Shown: positions 35,236 through 45,729 of the stretch, piece after piece | How positions within the stretch are numbered: the stretch's first letter is position 1 | Layout: each line of letters opens with the position of its first letter | Assembly (NCBI GenBank): GCA_020352775.1 | Contig: CP070684.1 | Span: 1,198,795-1,260,801 of the forward strand | Direction: 5' to 3' | Source: Candidatus Omnitrophota bacterium | GTDB lineage: Bacteria; Omnitrophota; Gorgyraeia; Duberdicusellales; 4484-171 | DNA length: 62,007 nucleotides | Position numbers and translations under genes: made by a program | Notes under the pieces: model-generated | The model's input: the letters and a program-made list of their open reading frames with translations, nothing else | What the model was told of the DNA's origin: nothing | Database searches by the model: none

Positions 35236-37025
35236 GCACCCAAGAGTCAATACGTAATTTTTGTATCATTGCTCATATTGATCACGGTAAATCTACTCTT
35301 GCCGACAGATTCTTAGAGCTTACTCATGCAGTAGATAAAAGAAAGTTTTATGATCAGATGCTGGATAGTATGGAATTGGAGCGGGAACGCGGAATCACCA
35401 TCAAGGCAAAAGCAGTGCGTCTAAAATATTTTTATGAAGGTAAAGATTATATCTTAAATCTTATTGATACTCCCGGTCACGTTGATTTTACCTATGAAGT
35501 GGCTAAATCCTTAAAGGGCTGTGAAGGTGCAATTTTACTAGTCGATGCTTCCCAGGGAATAGAGGCTCAAACCGTGGCTAATTTTTACCTTGCCCTGGAG
35601 AGTAATTTAAAGATTATCCCGGTTTTAAACAAAATAGATCTACCCAGTGCCGACACCGGACGTGTTACAGAACAGCTTTCTGATATTTTTGGATTTAAGC
35701 CCGAGGAGGTAACTTCGGTATCGGCAAAAGAAGGAGGGGGAGTAGAAGAAGTTCTTAAACGGGTGATTAAAGAAATTCCTCCTCCCCAGGGACAAATAGA
35801 GGCACCTTTAAAAGCAGTGCTTTTTGACTCTACCTATGACCCCTATCGGGGGGTTATCTTATTTTTGAGAGTATTTGATGGAAAGATTTCTGTGGGAGAT
35901 ACTATTTTTTTAGTGCATCAGGCCAAGACATATAAAGTGGAAGAGCTAGGTGTGTTTTTACCTCAGGCAGAAAAGCGTGACTCCCTTAGTTACGGAGAGG
36001 TAGGGTATCTGTGTTGCAATATTAAGAATCCGCAGGAAATCGACGTGGGAGATACAATCACAGATCCCAAGAATCCTACCGGCCAACCGTTTGAAGGGTA
36101 TAAAAAAATGCCGCCGATGGTATTTAGTGGGATTTTTCCTTCTGCCCCCAAAGACTACCCGGTATTGCGGGATGCGATAGAAAAGCTAAGACTATCGGAT
36201 CCTTCCCTCGTATATGAGCCTGATAATCTTGGCTCTTTAGGTTATGGTTTCAGGTGCGGGTTTTTAGGTCTTCTTCATATGGAAATAGTTCAGGAGCGCC
36301 TGGAGCGGGAATATGATCTCGATCTTATTCTTACCTCTCCCAATGTAATGTATGAGGTAAAGAAAAATAATGGAGAGGTAATTAAGATAGACAGTCCTCA
36401 ACATCTTCCCGATCCTACTGAAATTGAGGAGGTTTATGAGCCATACGTAAAAGCAACCGTAGTGACTCCACTGGAAGGGATGGAGCCTTTATGCGATTTG
36501 GCTAAATCCAGAAGAGGCACCTTTGTTAAAATGGATTATTTGGGGAAGGACCGTTTAAGCATTGTTTTTGAGCTTCCTTTAGGGGAGATTGTTGTTGATT
36601 TTTATGATAAAATAAAGTCTCTAAGTAAAGGTTATGCCTCGCTCGACTATGAATTTATCGGATATAGAAAAACAGAAATTATAAAAGTTGATATTCTTTT
36701 TAACAAGAAACTGGTGGAAGCTTTTTCGCTCCTGGTACATAAAGATAAAGTCGATACTAAGGCGCGCGCAGTGGTTGAGAAGTTTAAAGAATTAATCCCG
36801 CGCCAGCAGTATGAGGTTAGTATTCAGGCTGCGATAGGCTCAAAGGTTATTGCCGCAGAGAAGGTCTCGGCATTAAAAAAGCATGTCACGGCAAAATGTT
36901 ACGGCGGTGATATCACCCGTAAAAGGAAACTCTGGGAGCGGCAAAAAAAAGGCAAGAAACGGATGAAGCAGATGGGAAACATAACTGTGCCGCAGGAGGC
37001 ATTTTTAGAAGTACTTAAGATGTAG
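35232..37025 (+). CDS. lepA: translation elongation factor 4
   Basis: GTPase motifs AHIDHGKST, DTPGH and NKID, plus the LepA-specific C-terminal domain. ATGA overlap with cmk. Confidence 0.95.
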   Translation: MSTQESIRNFCIIAHIDHGKSTLADRFLELTHAVDKRKFYDQMLDSMELERERGITIKAKAVRLKYFYEGKDYILNLIDTPGHVDFTYEVAKSLKGCEGAILLVDASQGIEAQTVANFYLALESNLKIIPVLNKIDLPSADTGRVTEQLSDIFGFKPEEVTSVSAKEGGGVEEVLKRVIKEIPPPQGQIEAPLKAVLFDSTYDPYRGVILFLRVFDGKISVGDTIFLVHQAKTYKVEELGVFLPQAEKRDSLSYGEVGYLCCNIKNPQEIDVGDTITDPKNPTGQPFEGYKKMPPMVFSGIFPSAPKDYPVLRDAIEKLRLSDPSLVYEPDNLGSLGYGFRCGFLGLLHMEIVQERLEREYDLDLILTSPNVMYEVKKNNGEVIKIDSPQHLPDPTEIEEVYEPYVKATVVTPLEGMEPLCDLAKSRRGTFVKMDYLGKDRLSIVFELPLGEIVVDFYDKIKSLSKGYASLDYEFIGYRKTEIIKVDILFNKKLVEAFSLLVHKDKVDTKARAVVEKFKELIPRQQYEVSIQAAIGSKVIAAEKVSALKKHVTAKCYGGDITRKRKLWERQKKGKKRMKQMGNITVPQEAFLEVLKM

Positions 37026-37034
37026 AAGACTAAA

Positions 37035-37637
37035 ATGAGAGTGAACTTAGAGGGTATAAGAAAGTGGCTAAGGGAACACAGCGCGACAAGAGACTGGATT
37101 GAATCTATACTTATTGCTGCTACAATCGCAATATTTCTTCGTACCTTTTTCTTTCAGATTTATAAAATACCCACTACTTCGATGGTTCCTTCTTTGATGC
37201 CCGGGGATAAGATTTTTGTAAGTAAACTGATATATGGCCCCAAGATTCCGTTTACTCCCTGGCGCATACCTGGATATCGTAAACCGCAGCGATGGGAAGT
37301 GGTAGTTTTTGTTCCACCGCACGATCGAAAGAAAGCCTACGTAAAAAGGCTTATTGGGATGGGGGGGGACCGCATTGAAATAAAAGATGGAAATATATAC
37401 TTAAATGGAGAAATAGTTGTTGAGCCAAGGGTGGCCAGTAATTATTATTATAATCAGGGAGAATATGGGCAACAGAGTAAGGTTTTAGAAATACCTGAAG
37501 GAAAATACTTGTTTTTGGGGGACAATAGCATCTCTTCCCTTGATAGTCGGTTCTGGGGATTTGTGGATGCCAAAGACATTGTGGGGAAAGCTATTTTTAT
37601 CTGGTGGCCGCCCAGAAGAATTGAAATGATAGACTGA
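37035..37637 (+). CDS. lepB: signal peptidase I
   Basis: TM anchor, catalytic Ser context PTTSMVPSL, Lys context YVKRLIG, and GDNSISSLDSR. Confidence 0.85.
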   Translation: MRVNLEGIRKWLREHSATRDWIESILIAATIAIFLRTFFFQIYKIPTTSMVPSLMPGDKIFVSKLIYGPKIPFTPWRIPGYRKPQRWEVVVFVPPHDRKKAYVKRLIGMGGDRIEIKDGNIYLNGEIVVEPRVASNYYYNQGEYGQQSKVLEIPEGKYLFLGDNSISSLDSRFWGFVDAKDIVGKAIFIWWPPRRIEMID

Positions 37638-37641
37638 AACG

Positions 37642-38208
37642 ATGAGTTTTGCTGATAAATTATCTATTTCCAGAATTATTCTTATTCCTATTTTCGTTTC
37701 GCTGCTCATTTATTCTGGAACCCATCATTTTCTAAAAGATGTCGCAGTGGGGGTGTTTCTGCTTGCGATATTGAGTGACTTTTTCGATGGGTTGGTGGCC
37801 AGAATAAAAAAAGAGAAATCAGATATCGGTCAGGTTATTGATCCTTTAGCCGATAAGCTTTTATTGCTTACCGCTTTTATATCTCTTTATTTATTAAGAG
37901 GGTCTTTACCGCTTAAATTCAAGATGCCTTTAGGATTTGTGCTGGTAGTGGTAAGCAGGGATCTCATAATCCTTCTGGGAGTGGCACTATTGCATTTTCT
38001 TAAAAGAGAAGTTGTCATAACCCCTTCCTGGTGGGGTAAACTTACGACCTTTTTTCAGATGTTTACGATTTTAGGCCTTCTGCTGAATGTTTTCTTTTTT
38101 CCTTGGATTTGGAAAATAGCTTTGGTCTTTACCTTAATTTCCGGTATAGACTACTTTTTAAGAGGAGCAAGATCGATAAATGACAGAGTGTCTACTTCTA
38201 CTTCTTAG
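37642..38208 (+). CDS. pgsA: CDP-diacylglycerol--glycerol-3-phosphate 3-phosphatidyltransferase
   Basis: CDP-alcohol phosphatidyltransferase motif DFFDGLVAR-x8-G-x3-DPLADK. Confidence 0.8.
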   Translation: MSFADKLSISRIILIPIFVSLLIYSGTHHFLKDVAVGVFLLAILSDFFDGLVARIKKEKSDIGQVIDPLADKLLLLTAFISLYLLRGSLPLKFKMPLGFVLVVVSRDLIILLGVALLHFLKREVVITPSWWGKLTTFFQMFTILGLLLNVFFFPWIWKIALVFTLISGIDYFLRGARSINDRVSTSTS

Positions 38209-38782
38209 TTTTCTTTTAGGAAGTATTCCTTTTGGGTATCTGGTTGCCCGTGCAGTAAAAGGAATCGATATCCGCGAGTTCGGTTCAGGTAATATCGGGG
38301 CAACAAATGTAGTACGGATAGTAGGAAAGAAATGGGGGCTATTGGTCTTTGCGCTTGATTTTTTTAAGGGTTTTATCCCTCCTTTAGCAGTTAAGATAAT
38401 TCTTGCTCAACCACAAAATTATATTTTTATTCTTGCTGCTTTTCTTGCGGTGTGTGGACATAACTGGACACCATTTTTGAAATTCAAGGGAGGTAAGGGG
38501 GTTGCCACAACTGTGGGTGCGGTGGGAGGATTAAGCTTTGTTTTTGTCAATTTATGGTTGGTATTTTTTCTTTCAATTTTGGTATGGTTTATAGTGTTTC
38601 GTCTGACCCGTTACGTATCAGTAGCGTCTCTGTTTGCGGCCGGTATGTTTTTCATCCTTTGCTTTATGTTTTCTTTGCCATTTGAGGTAAAAATGCTTTC
38701 CGGCATTCTTTTTTTATTTATTTTGGTTCGTCATAAAGAGAATATAAAGGGACTTCTTCAGAATAAAGAACATCGTTTCTAG
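38180..38782 (+). CDS. plsY: acyl-phosphate:glycerol-3-phosphate acyltransferase
   Basis: GSIPFGY, GSGNIGATN and HNWTPFLKFKGGKG. Overlaps pgsA by 29 nt. Confidence 0.9.
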   Translation: MTECLLLLLSFLLGSIPFGYLVARAVKGIDIREFGSGNIGATNVVRIVGKKWGLLVFALDFFKGFIPPLAVKIILAQPQNYIFILAAFLAVCGHNWTPFLKFKGGKGVATTVGAVGGLSFVFVNLWLVFFLSILVWFIVFRLTRYVSVASLFAAGMFFILCFMFSLPFEVKMLSGILFLFILVRHKENIKGLLQNKEHRF

Positions 38783-38808
38783 ATTATTTTTCGCTCATTG
38801 TAATGTGT

Positions 38809-38838
38809 TTGACACTAAATATGGCTATGGGGTATAAT
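38809..38838 (+). promoter_or_regulatory. candidate recA promoter: TTGACA, 18-nt spacer, TATAAT
   Basis: Consensus hexamers at 38809..38814 and 38833..38838. No LexA/SOS-box-like palindrome recognised nearby. Confidence 0.5.
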
Positions 38839-38886
38839 GAGTTCCCCAATATCATTTCAATTAAAGATTATTAAAGGAGGATTATT

Positions 38887-39915
38887 ATGACTAAAGAAAA
38901 AGGTGCTATGGAAAGCAAAAAGAAAGCATTAGAATTAGCTCTTTCTCAGATCGAGAAACATCATGGCAAAGGTGCCATAATGCGCCTGGGAGAAGGAGTG
39001 CATCTTGACGTGGCTGCAATTCCTACCGGGATTATTTCTTTAGATAAAGCTTTAGGGGTAGGAGGCCTTCCGCGTGGTAGAATCATTGAAATTTATGGTC
39101 CGGAGGCTTCAGGAAAGACAACTTTAACATTAAGTATTATTTCCCAGGCACAGGTGGATGGAGGGGTTGCCGCCTTCATTGATGCTGAGCACGCTTTTGA
39201 TCCTAGCTATGCTAAAACTATCGGGATTAATTTAGATGAGCTCTTAGTTTCTCAACCTGATACTGGAGAACAAGCCCTTGATATTGTAGAGACCCTCATA
39301 CGTTCTAACGCAGTGGATTTAGTGGTAATTGATTCAGTCGCCGCCCTTGTGCCACGCGCCGAGGTTGAAGGAGAAATGGGCGAAGCTCAAATTGCTTTAC
39401 AGGCTCGTCTTATGAGCCAGGCCTTGCGAAAGCTGACCGCTGCAATTAGTAAATCCAAGACCTGTGTTGTGTTTATTAACCAGATACGGGAAAAAGTCGG
39501 CGTTATGTTCGGCTCCCCCGAAGTTACCCCCGGAGGAAGAGCCTTAAAATTTTATGCCTCGATAAGGATTGATTTAAGAAGAATCGCTACCTTATCAGGT
39601 CCTGAAGGAGTGGTTGGTAACCGCGTGAGGGCAAAAATCGTAAAAAATAAGGTTGCAGCTCCTTTTAAAGAAGCGATTTTTGAGATTATGTATAATGAAG
39701 GGGTTTCTAAGGTTGGAGCTTTGATTGATGCTGCGGTTGAGTGTGGTTTGATCAAGAAGGCCGGAAGCTGGTTTTCCTATAAAGATAAGAATCTTTCGCA
39801 GGGAAAAGAGCAATTGCGTGGCCTTTTGCGCGCGGATGCATCTCTGAAGGATGATATCGAAGAAGAACTAAAGAAAATAATATATTCAGCTGCAGAGGAG
39901 GTGGGGAAGAAATGA
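38887..39915 (+). CDS. recA: recombinase A
   Basis: Walker [17 protein letters not shown] and [19 protein letters not shown]. Confidence 0.97.
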   Translation: MTKEKGAMESKKKALELALSQIEKHHGKGAIMRLGEGVHLDVAAIPTGIISLDKALGVGGLPRGRIIEIYGPEASGKTTLTLSIISQAQVDGGVAAFIDAEHAFDPSYAKTIGINLDELLVSQPDTGEQALDIVETLIRSNAVDLVVIDSVAALVPRAEVEGEMGEAQIALQARLMSQALRKLTAAISKSKTCVVFINQIREKVGVMFGSPEVTPGGRALKFYASIRIDLRRIATLSGPEGVVGNRVRAKIVKNKVAAPFKEAIFEIMYNEGVSKVGALIDAAVECGLIKKAGSWFSYKDKNLSQGKEQLRGLLRADASLKDDIEEELKKIIYSAAEEVGKK

Positions 39916-41342
39916 AACGACTCTTAGTTTTGGCATTTTTATTATTGATTGGCCTTCCTTCGTATGTTGCGCGCTCAAGTGATTTAGGGGACGCTACTGT
40001 TAAGGTAGCTTCTGAAGTAGGAAAATCAGTGGTATCAATCTCAAGCGAAGTCAAAGAAAAAATGGGAAGCTTTAGAGATTTTTATTTCGGTTCTCCGTTT
40101 GAAGAGTTTGAAGGTGATTTCTTCAGCCGCTTTTTTGAGGAATTCTTTGGTTCTTTTCCGGAAAGAGAATATAAAAGGCTGGGTTTGGGAAGCGGGGTAA
40201 TTATTGATGAAGAAGGCTATATTCTTACCAATGAACATGTAGTTTCAGGGGCAAGTCAGATTAAAGTAAAGCTTTCGGACGGAAGAGAGTTTGATGCCCA
40301 AATAAAAGGTACAGATAAACGAAGCGATTTAGCGGTAATAAAGGTTGATGCCCGCAATCTGCCTGCGGCACGGTTAGGTGATTCTGATAAGCTACAAATA
40401 GGAGAATGGGTGGTTGCGGTAGGAAACCCTTTTGGCTTTGCTATTGAGAATCCTGAGCCTACAGTTACAGTGGGAGTGGTGAGTGCGCTACGTCGCTATG
40501 TCCCAGCTTTGGGACGCAGAGAGCGAAGCTATGACGACCTTATCCAGACTGACGCCGCGATCAATCCCGGAAACAGTGGCGGGCCGTTAGTGAATCTTGA
40601 GGGAGAGATTGTGGGGATAAACACCGCAATCATTACTACTACCGGTGGTTATCAAGGAGTAGGATTTGCAATACCTGTTAATAAAGCAAGCAGGGTCTTA
40701 CGTAAACTCATAAAAGGAGAAAAGATTCTTTATGGTTGGCTGGGAGTAAGCATTCAAGATTTAAGCGAGGATTTACGTAATTATTTTGGGATAAAAGAGC
40801 AAGAAGGAGTTATCATCGTAAAGGTATATAAGGACTCTCCAGCCCAAAAAGGGGGCTTACAGGAAGGAGACCTTATTTTAAGATTTAATAACGAGCCCGT
40901 AAAGACTACCAGAGATTTGGTAAGAACAGTGTCTTTTGCTGAGGTAGGTACTACTGCGGTTGTTCGTGTTATTCGCGAAGGCAAAGAGCGAAATGTGAAG
41001 ATAAAAATAGGTAAACGGCCTGAAGATGTTGAAGAAATGGAATTGGAGAAAGAAGAGGAACCTGGCGAGGCAATCTTTAGAGGGATAGAAGTTGAAGACG
41101 TAACTGAGGTGCAGAAAAAAATATTTAGAATCCCTGAGGGCGAAGGCGAAGGAGTGGTGATTACTTATATTGAGGAAGATTCTCCTGCCCAGCGTAGCGG
41201 TCTTATGGTGGGGGATATAATTACCAAAGTAGAGAATAAAAAGATAAAAGATAAAAAAGATTTTGTTTCCTTAACTTCGAAAATAAAAGGAGATTGCCTC
41301 CTAAAAACAAATCGGGGCTACTTCGTTCTTAAAGAAAAATAA
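39912..41342 (+). CDS. htrA: periplasmic serine endoprotease DegP/HtrA family, two PDZ domains
   Basis: Signal peptide [20 protein letters not shown] and catalytic triad contexts TNEHV, DLAVIKV and GNSGGPL, plus two PDZ regions. ATGA overlap with the recA stop. Confidence 0.9.
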   Translation: MKRLLVLAFLLLIGLPSYVARSSDLGDATVKVASEVGKSVVSISSEVKEKMGSFRDFYFGSPFEEFEGDFFSRFFEEFFGSFPEREYKRLGLGSGVIIDEEGYILTNEHVVSGASQIKVKLSDGREFDAQIKGTDKRSDLAVIKVDARNLPAARLGDSDKLQIGEWVVAVGNPFGFAIENPEPTVTVGVVSALRRYVPALGRRERSYDDLIQTDAAINPGNSGGPLVNLEGEIVGINTAIITTTGGYQGVGFAIPVNKASRVLRKLIKGEKILYGWLGVSIQDLSEDLRNYFGIKEQEGVIIVKVYKDSPAQKGGLQEGDLILRFNNEPVKTTRDLVRTVSFAEVGTTAVVRVIREGKERNVKIKIGKRPEDVEEMELEKEEEPGEAIFRGIEVEDVTEVQKKIFRIPEGEGEGVVITYIEEDSPAQRSGLMVGDIITKVENKKIKDKKDFVSLTSKIKGDCLLKTNRGYFVLKEK

Positions 41343-41376
41343 TTACTTTCTTTGTGGGTATAATTTATATGCCTTC

Positions 41377-41841
41377 ATGGCTAAAGACTTTGACAAAGCA
41401 CTGGGGTATGCATTTTTGCTTCTTAAGTACAGAGCAAGAAGTAAGAAGGAAATCATTGATCGGTTAAAGCGAAAAGGGTATCCCCCTTCCTCGACAGATA
41501 AAGTCATTGCATATTTACAGGAATATAACTATCTGAACGATGAGGAATTTGCCCGCATGTTTGTATCTTCTTCGCTGGAAAAGGGTTGGGGCCCCAGACG
41601 CATCAAATTCGAATTTAAGAAATTAGGCGTTGGGCCTAAAATCTTTGAGAGATTTTTAGCAACTAGGGATTTCAAAGATAAAAAGAAGGAAAAGATTCAT
41701 CAATTGATAGAAAGAAAAATACAATTTTATAAAGGTAAAAAGAACTCTACGCAAAAAATTATAAGGTTTTTGGTGGGAAAAGGTTTTGAATACGATGAAA
41801 TTTTTAAAGCTTTAGATGAGTTGGGAGTAAAGAGGTTTTGA
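41377..41841 (+). CDS. recX: RecA regulator RecX
   Basis: 154 aa helical-repeat protein with RecX-like YLNDEEFA and GWGPRRI segments, in the conserved position upstream of alaS. TATAAT at 41359..41364. Confidence 0.75.
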   Translation: MAKDFDKALGYAFLLLKYRARSKKEIIDRLKRKGYPPSSTDKVIAYLQEYNYLNDEEFARMFVSSSLEKGWGPRRIKFEFKKLGVGPKIFERFLATRDFKDKKKEKIHQLIERKIQFYKGKKNSTQKIIRFLVGKGFEYDEIFKALDELGVKRF

Positions 41842-44459
41842 AGACAGATCAATTAAGAAAAAGATATTTAGACTTTTTTGTTCGTAAAGATCACGTATTA
41901 TTTCGTTCTGATACCCTGGTTCCGGATGATCCCACCGTGCTTTTTACTTCTGCGGGAATGAATCAGTTTAAGCCCTACTTTTTAGGCGAGAAAAAAGATA
42001 TCAGACGGGCAACTTCCTGTCAGAAGTGCTTAAGAACCGATGATTTGGAAGAAGTAGGCAGAACCCCTTTTCATCACACCTTTTTTGAAATGCTGGGAAA
42101 TTTTTCTTTCGGCGATTATTTTAAGAAAGAGACAATAGAATGGGCCTGGGAATTTTTACTCAAAGATTTAAATATGAAGGAAAAGGATCTTTGGGTTTCG
42201 GTGTATAAAGACGATGACGAGGCTTATAAGATTTGGAAAGATTATATCGGAGTATCTGCCGGTAAGATAGTAAAATTAGGCGAGAAAGAAAACTTCTGGC
42301 CGGCAAATGCACCTACCTTAGGACCCAATGGTCCTTGCGGACCGTGCTCGGAGATTTTCTTTGATCGCGGCAAGGATACCGGTTGCGGCAAAAGTAATTG
42401 TGATCCCGGCTGTGATTGTGATCGTTTCTCCGAAGTATGGAATTTGGTTTTTACCCAATTTAATCGTGTGGGTGAGAATAAATTAGATCCACTTCCCCAG
42501 AAAAACATTGATACGGGTATGGGCCTAGAGCGAATGGCAGCAGTACTTCAAGGTAAGTATTCTAATTTTGAGATAGATATTTTAGCTCCGGTAGTAAAAG
42601 AAGTACGCAAACTATTGAATGCGGATGCAAAAGATCCTAAGGCAACCAGTCTAATCCATGCCGTTGTTGATCATGCCCGCGCTGCTACTTTTTCAATTGC
42701 CGATGGAGTCTATCCTTCTAATGAGGAGAGAGGATATGTAATACGAAAGATTATAAGAAAAGCAATTTGGGGTGCACATCTTTTAGGGAGAAAAAAGCCC
42801 TTTTTATATGAATTGCCCTATAGCTATGCTGAGCTTATGAAGGAGCCCTATGCGGAGCTTAAAGAAAAAGAAGGTGTTATCTCTAAGGTAATTCACGCTG
42901 AAGAGGAGAAATTCCTTTCTACCTTAAAAGACGGAGAAAATCAGTTTTCTATAATTGTCGATGGATTAAAAGAAGAGAAGGAAGATACTGTGCCAGCTTC
43001 TGATTTATTTAGACTTTATGATACTTATGGGTTCCCTTTAGAGCTCAGTAAAGAAATTGCTAAAGACCATAGTTTAGGGGTGGATGAGCCAGGGTTTGAG
43101 AGGCTTTTGAAAGAACAGCAAGAGCGTTCCCGCAAAAAAAGTATGTTTGGCCAAGATATATTTAAGGCTGAAGAATTAAAGCTTAAAGCAGCTACTGAAT
43201 TCGTAGGCTATCAGGTATTAGAGTCTGAAAGCCAAATCACCCATCTCATTAAAGATGGTAAAGAATCTGAGTCTGTCCAGGAAGGCCAAGAAGCTTTGCT
43301 GGTTTTAGATACCACGCCCTTTTATGCTGAAAGCGGTGGCCAGCTCACCGACAGGGGCTTGATAAGCACTAACGAAGGTAAATTTATCGTGGATGAGGTT
43401 TTCAGGGTGGGTGAGACCATAGTGCATAAAGGAAGGGTTTCCAAAGGAGTGATTAAAAAAGGAACTGCTTATCCTGCTGTTGATGAGAAGCGAAGAAAGG
43501 CTCTGCGGCGGGCACATACCGCAACCCATCTTCTTCAGGCAGTATTACGTAGCGTGTTAGGCGAACATGTATCGCAGCAGGGTTCATTAGTTGATGAGGA
43601 TAGGTTACGTTTTGATTTTACTCATTTTGAAGCGCTGACCAGAGAGCAATTGGATAAAGTAGAACAGCTTACCAATGAATATATATTAGAGGCAGCGCAG
43701 GTGAATAAGTGCAATGTTTCACTTGAAGAAGCCAAAAAAGAAGGGGCACTGGCGTTTTTTAAGGATAAATATAAGGATATAGTCAGGGTGGTTTCGGTTG
43801 GCGATTACAGTAAGGAATTATGCGGGGGGACCCACGTTGACAATACCTCAGAAATAGGGTTGTTTAAGATTGTATCTGAGTCTTCGATAAGTAGCGGAGT
43901 ACGACGCATCGAGGCGGTAGTTGGAAAAAAATCATATGAGAATATCCAAGAACTAAGTAAAATTATAAATAGCACTGCGATAAACTTAAGATGTTCTGTA
44001 GAAACTATAGATACGGCAGTAAAAAAATTACAGAATGATTTAAAGGCTGGATGCGCAAGGGTTGAGCAGTCAGAAAAAGAACTCGTTAGTTTTAAATCGA
44101 AAGAAATTGCAGCCAAGGCAAAGAAGATAAAAAATATAAATTTTTTAGTCTATGAATTTAGCGATATGGAGATAAATGCACTCCTTTATTTGGCTGACCT
44201 CTTGCGTAAAAAAGTTAAAACTTTATTTTTGTTTCTCGCCTCTTTCTCTAAAGAAAAGAATATGTTTGTTTGTTCAGCCACGGATGATTTAGTTAAAAAA
44301 AATATCAGTGCTAAGAGATTCGTTGCCCAATTCAAAGATGATTTAGGCCTAAGAGGCGGGGGAAGAGATAGTCTGGTGCAGGGCGTTGTTGCAAAGAAAG
44401 TAGATAAGTTTTCACAGAAGCTTGAGAAGTGTTTTAAAAACTTTTTGAGCAAAAAGTAA
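41838..44459 (+). CDS. alaS: alanine--tRNA ligase
   Basis: FTSAGMNQFKP, HHTFFEMLGNFSFGDYFK, editing-domain HTATHLL and CGGTH, and a C-terminal DHHA1 domain. TTG start overlaps the recX stop. Confidence 0.95.
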   Translation: MKTDQLRKRYLDFFVRKDHVLFRSDTLVPDDPTVLFTSAGMNQFKPYFLGEKKDIRRATSCQKCLRTDDLEEVGRTPFHHTFFEMLGNFSFGDYFKKETIEWAWEFLLKDLNMKEKDLWVSVYKDDDEAYKIWKDYIGVSAGKIVKLGEKENFWPANAPTLGPNGPCGPCSEIFFDRGKDTGCGKSNCDPGCDCDRFSEVWNLVFTQFNRVGENKLDPLPQKNIDTGMGLERMAAVLQGKYSNFEIDILAPVVKEVRKLLNADAKDPKATSLIHAVVDHARAATFSIADGVYPSNEERGYVIRKIIRKAIWGAHLLGRKKPFLYELPYSYAELMKEPYAELKEKEGVISKVIHAEEEKFLSTLKDGENQFSIIVDGLKEEKEDTVPASDLFRLYDTYGFPLELSKEIAKDHSLGVDEPGFERLLKEQQERSRKKSMFGQDIFKAEELKLKAATEFVGYQVLESESQITHLIKDGKESESVQEGQEALLVLDTTPFYAESGGQLTDRGLISTNEGKFIVDEVFRVGETIVHKGRVSKGVIKKGTAYPAVDEKRRKALRRAHTATHLLQAVLRSVLGEHVSQQGSLVDEDRLRFDFTHFEALTREQLDKVEQLTNEYILEAAQVNKCNVSLEEAKKEGALAFFKDKYKDIVRVVSVGDYSKELCGGTHVDNTSEIGLFKIVSESSISSGVRRIEAVVGKKSYENIQELSKIINSTAINLRCSVETIDTAVKKLQNDLKAGCARVEQSEKELVSFKSKEIAAKAKKIKNINFLVYEFSDMEINALLYLADLLRKKVKTLFLFLASFSKEKNMFVCSATDDLVKKNISAKRFVAQFKDDLGLRGGGRDSLVQGVVAKKVDKFSQKLEKCFKNFLSKK

Positions 44460-44476
44460 AGAGGAGATTTTAGTAG

Positions 44477-45697
44477 ATGAGAGTAGTAAGAAATTTTGAC
44501 AGCTTGGAAAAAATATTGCTAAAACGGCGCGTGCGCAAAAATACTGTTGGTGAACGCGTGGCCAAAATAGTAAAGAATGTCAAAGAGCAGGGTGATGAGG
44601 CTCTTATTGAATATACCAAAAAGTTTGATAAGGTAAAAATTACAGCGAATGAGCTGCGGGTAAGCGAATCAGAGATAAGCGCAGCATTCAATGAATTAGA
44701 CTCTACGCTCATTAAGTCTTTTAAGGTCGCAATAGACAATGTTACCAGGTTTTACAAAGAACAGCTTCCTAAAAATGTACGCCTAAAAGAAAGTAGCGGT
44801 AAAGTTCTTGCGAGCCGCTATGTTCCTTTGGAAAGAGTGGGGGTCTATGTTCCGGCAGGAACTGCACCGTTAGTATCTTCAGTGTATATGGCGGTTATTC
44901 CGGCGCGGGTTGCAGGAGTAAAAGAAATTGTCTTAGCTACTCCTCCCTATAAAGAAAAAGATGTTAATCCATTTATTCTTGCTACGGCATCTTTACTTAA
45001 AATCAAAGAAATTTATCGTGTGGGTGGAGCGCAGGCAATTTCAGCTTTAGCTTTAGGGACTAAGACCATCCCAAAGGTTGATAAAATTGTGGGGCCGGGC
45101 AATGAATTTGTTACTGAGGCAAAGCGTCAGCTTTTCGGTAAGGTCGATATTGATATGCTTGCAGGACCTTCTGAAGTTGTGATTATTGCTTCTAAAGACG
45201 CAAGCATAGATTGTATTGTCAGTGATTTAGAGGCCCAGATGGAACATCATAACGGGATTGGAATTGTGGTAACAAATTCCCGCAAGCTCCTCAGGGAGTT
45301 ACGTAAGAGAAAAACAGGAGGATTTGCTCTGCGTGTGAGGAATTTAGATGAAGCTTGTGAGGTTGCAAACCGGATCGCACCGGAGCATCTTGAGATTTTG
45401 ACCAAAAAACCCAATGATTTATTAAAGAATATAAGAAATGCCGCAGCTATTTTTCTAGGAGAGACTAGTCCGGTTGCTTTAGGCGATTATACTGCCGGAC
45501 CCAGCCACGTTCTTCCTACTGGCGGAAGTGCTCGTTTTTTCTCCTCTCTTTCAGTAAGAGAGTTTCTTAAAGAGGTTCATGTCATAAGCTATTCTAAAAA
45601 AGCACTACAGGAGGAAGCAGCTGTTTTAGAGAGAATTGCTTCTTTAGAGGGTATGAACAAGCATATTGAGAGTGTGAAAAAAAGGTTGGCAAGTTAG
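44477..45697 (+). CDS. hisD: histidinol dehydrogenase
   Basis: GPGNEFVTEAKRQLFG, DMLAGPSEV and APEHLE motifs. 406 aa. Confidence 0.9.
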   Translation: MRVVRNFDSLEKILLKRRVRKNTVGERVAKIVKNVKEQGDEALIEYTKKFDKVKITANELRVSESEISAAFNELDSTLIKSFKVAIDNVTRFYKEQLPKNVRLKESSGKVLASRYVPLERVGVYVPAGTAPLVSSVYMAVIPARVAGVKEIVLATPPYKEKDVNPFILATASLLKIKEIYRVGGAQAISALALGTKTIPKVDKIVGPGNEFVTEAKRQLFGKVDIDMLAGPSEVVIIASKDASIDCIVSDLEAQMEHHNGIGIVVTNSRKLLRELRKRKTGGFALRVRNLDEACEVANRIAPEHLEILTKKPNDLLKNIRNAAAIFLGETSPVALGDYTAGPSHVLPTGGSARFFSSLSVREFLKEVHVISYSKKALQEEAAVLERIASLEGMNKHIESVKKRLAS

Positions 45698-45729
45698 CTC
45701 TATCTGGTTATTATAAAAAGAGGTGAAAT

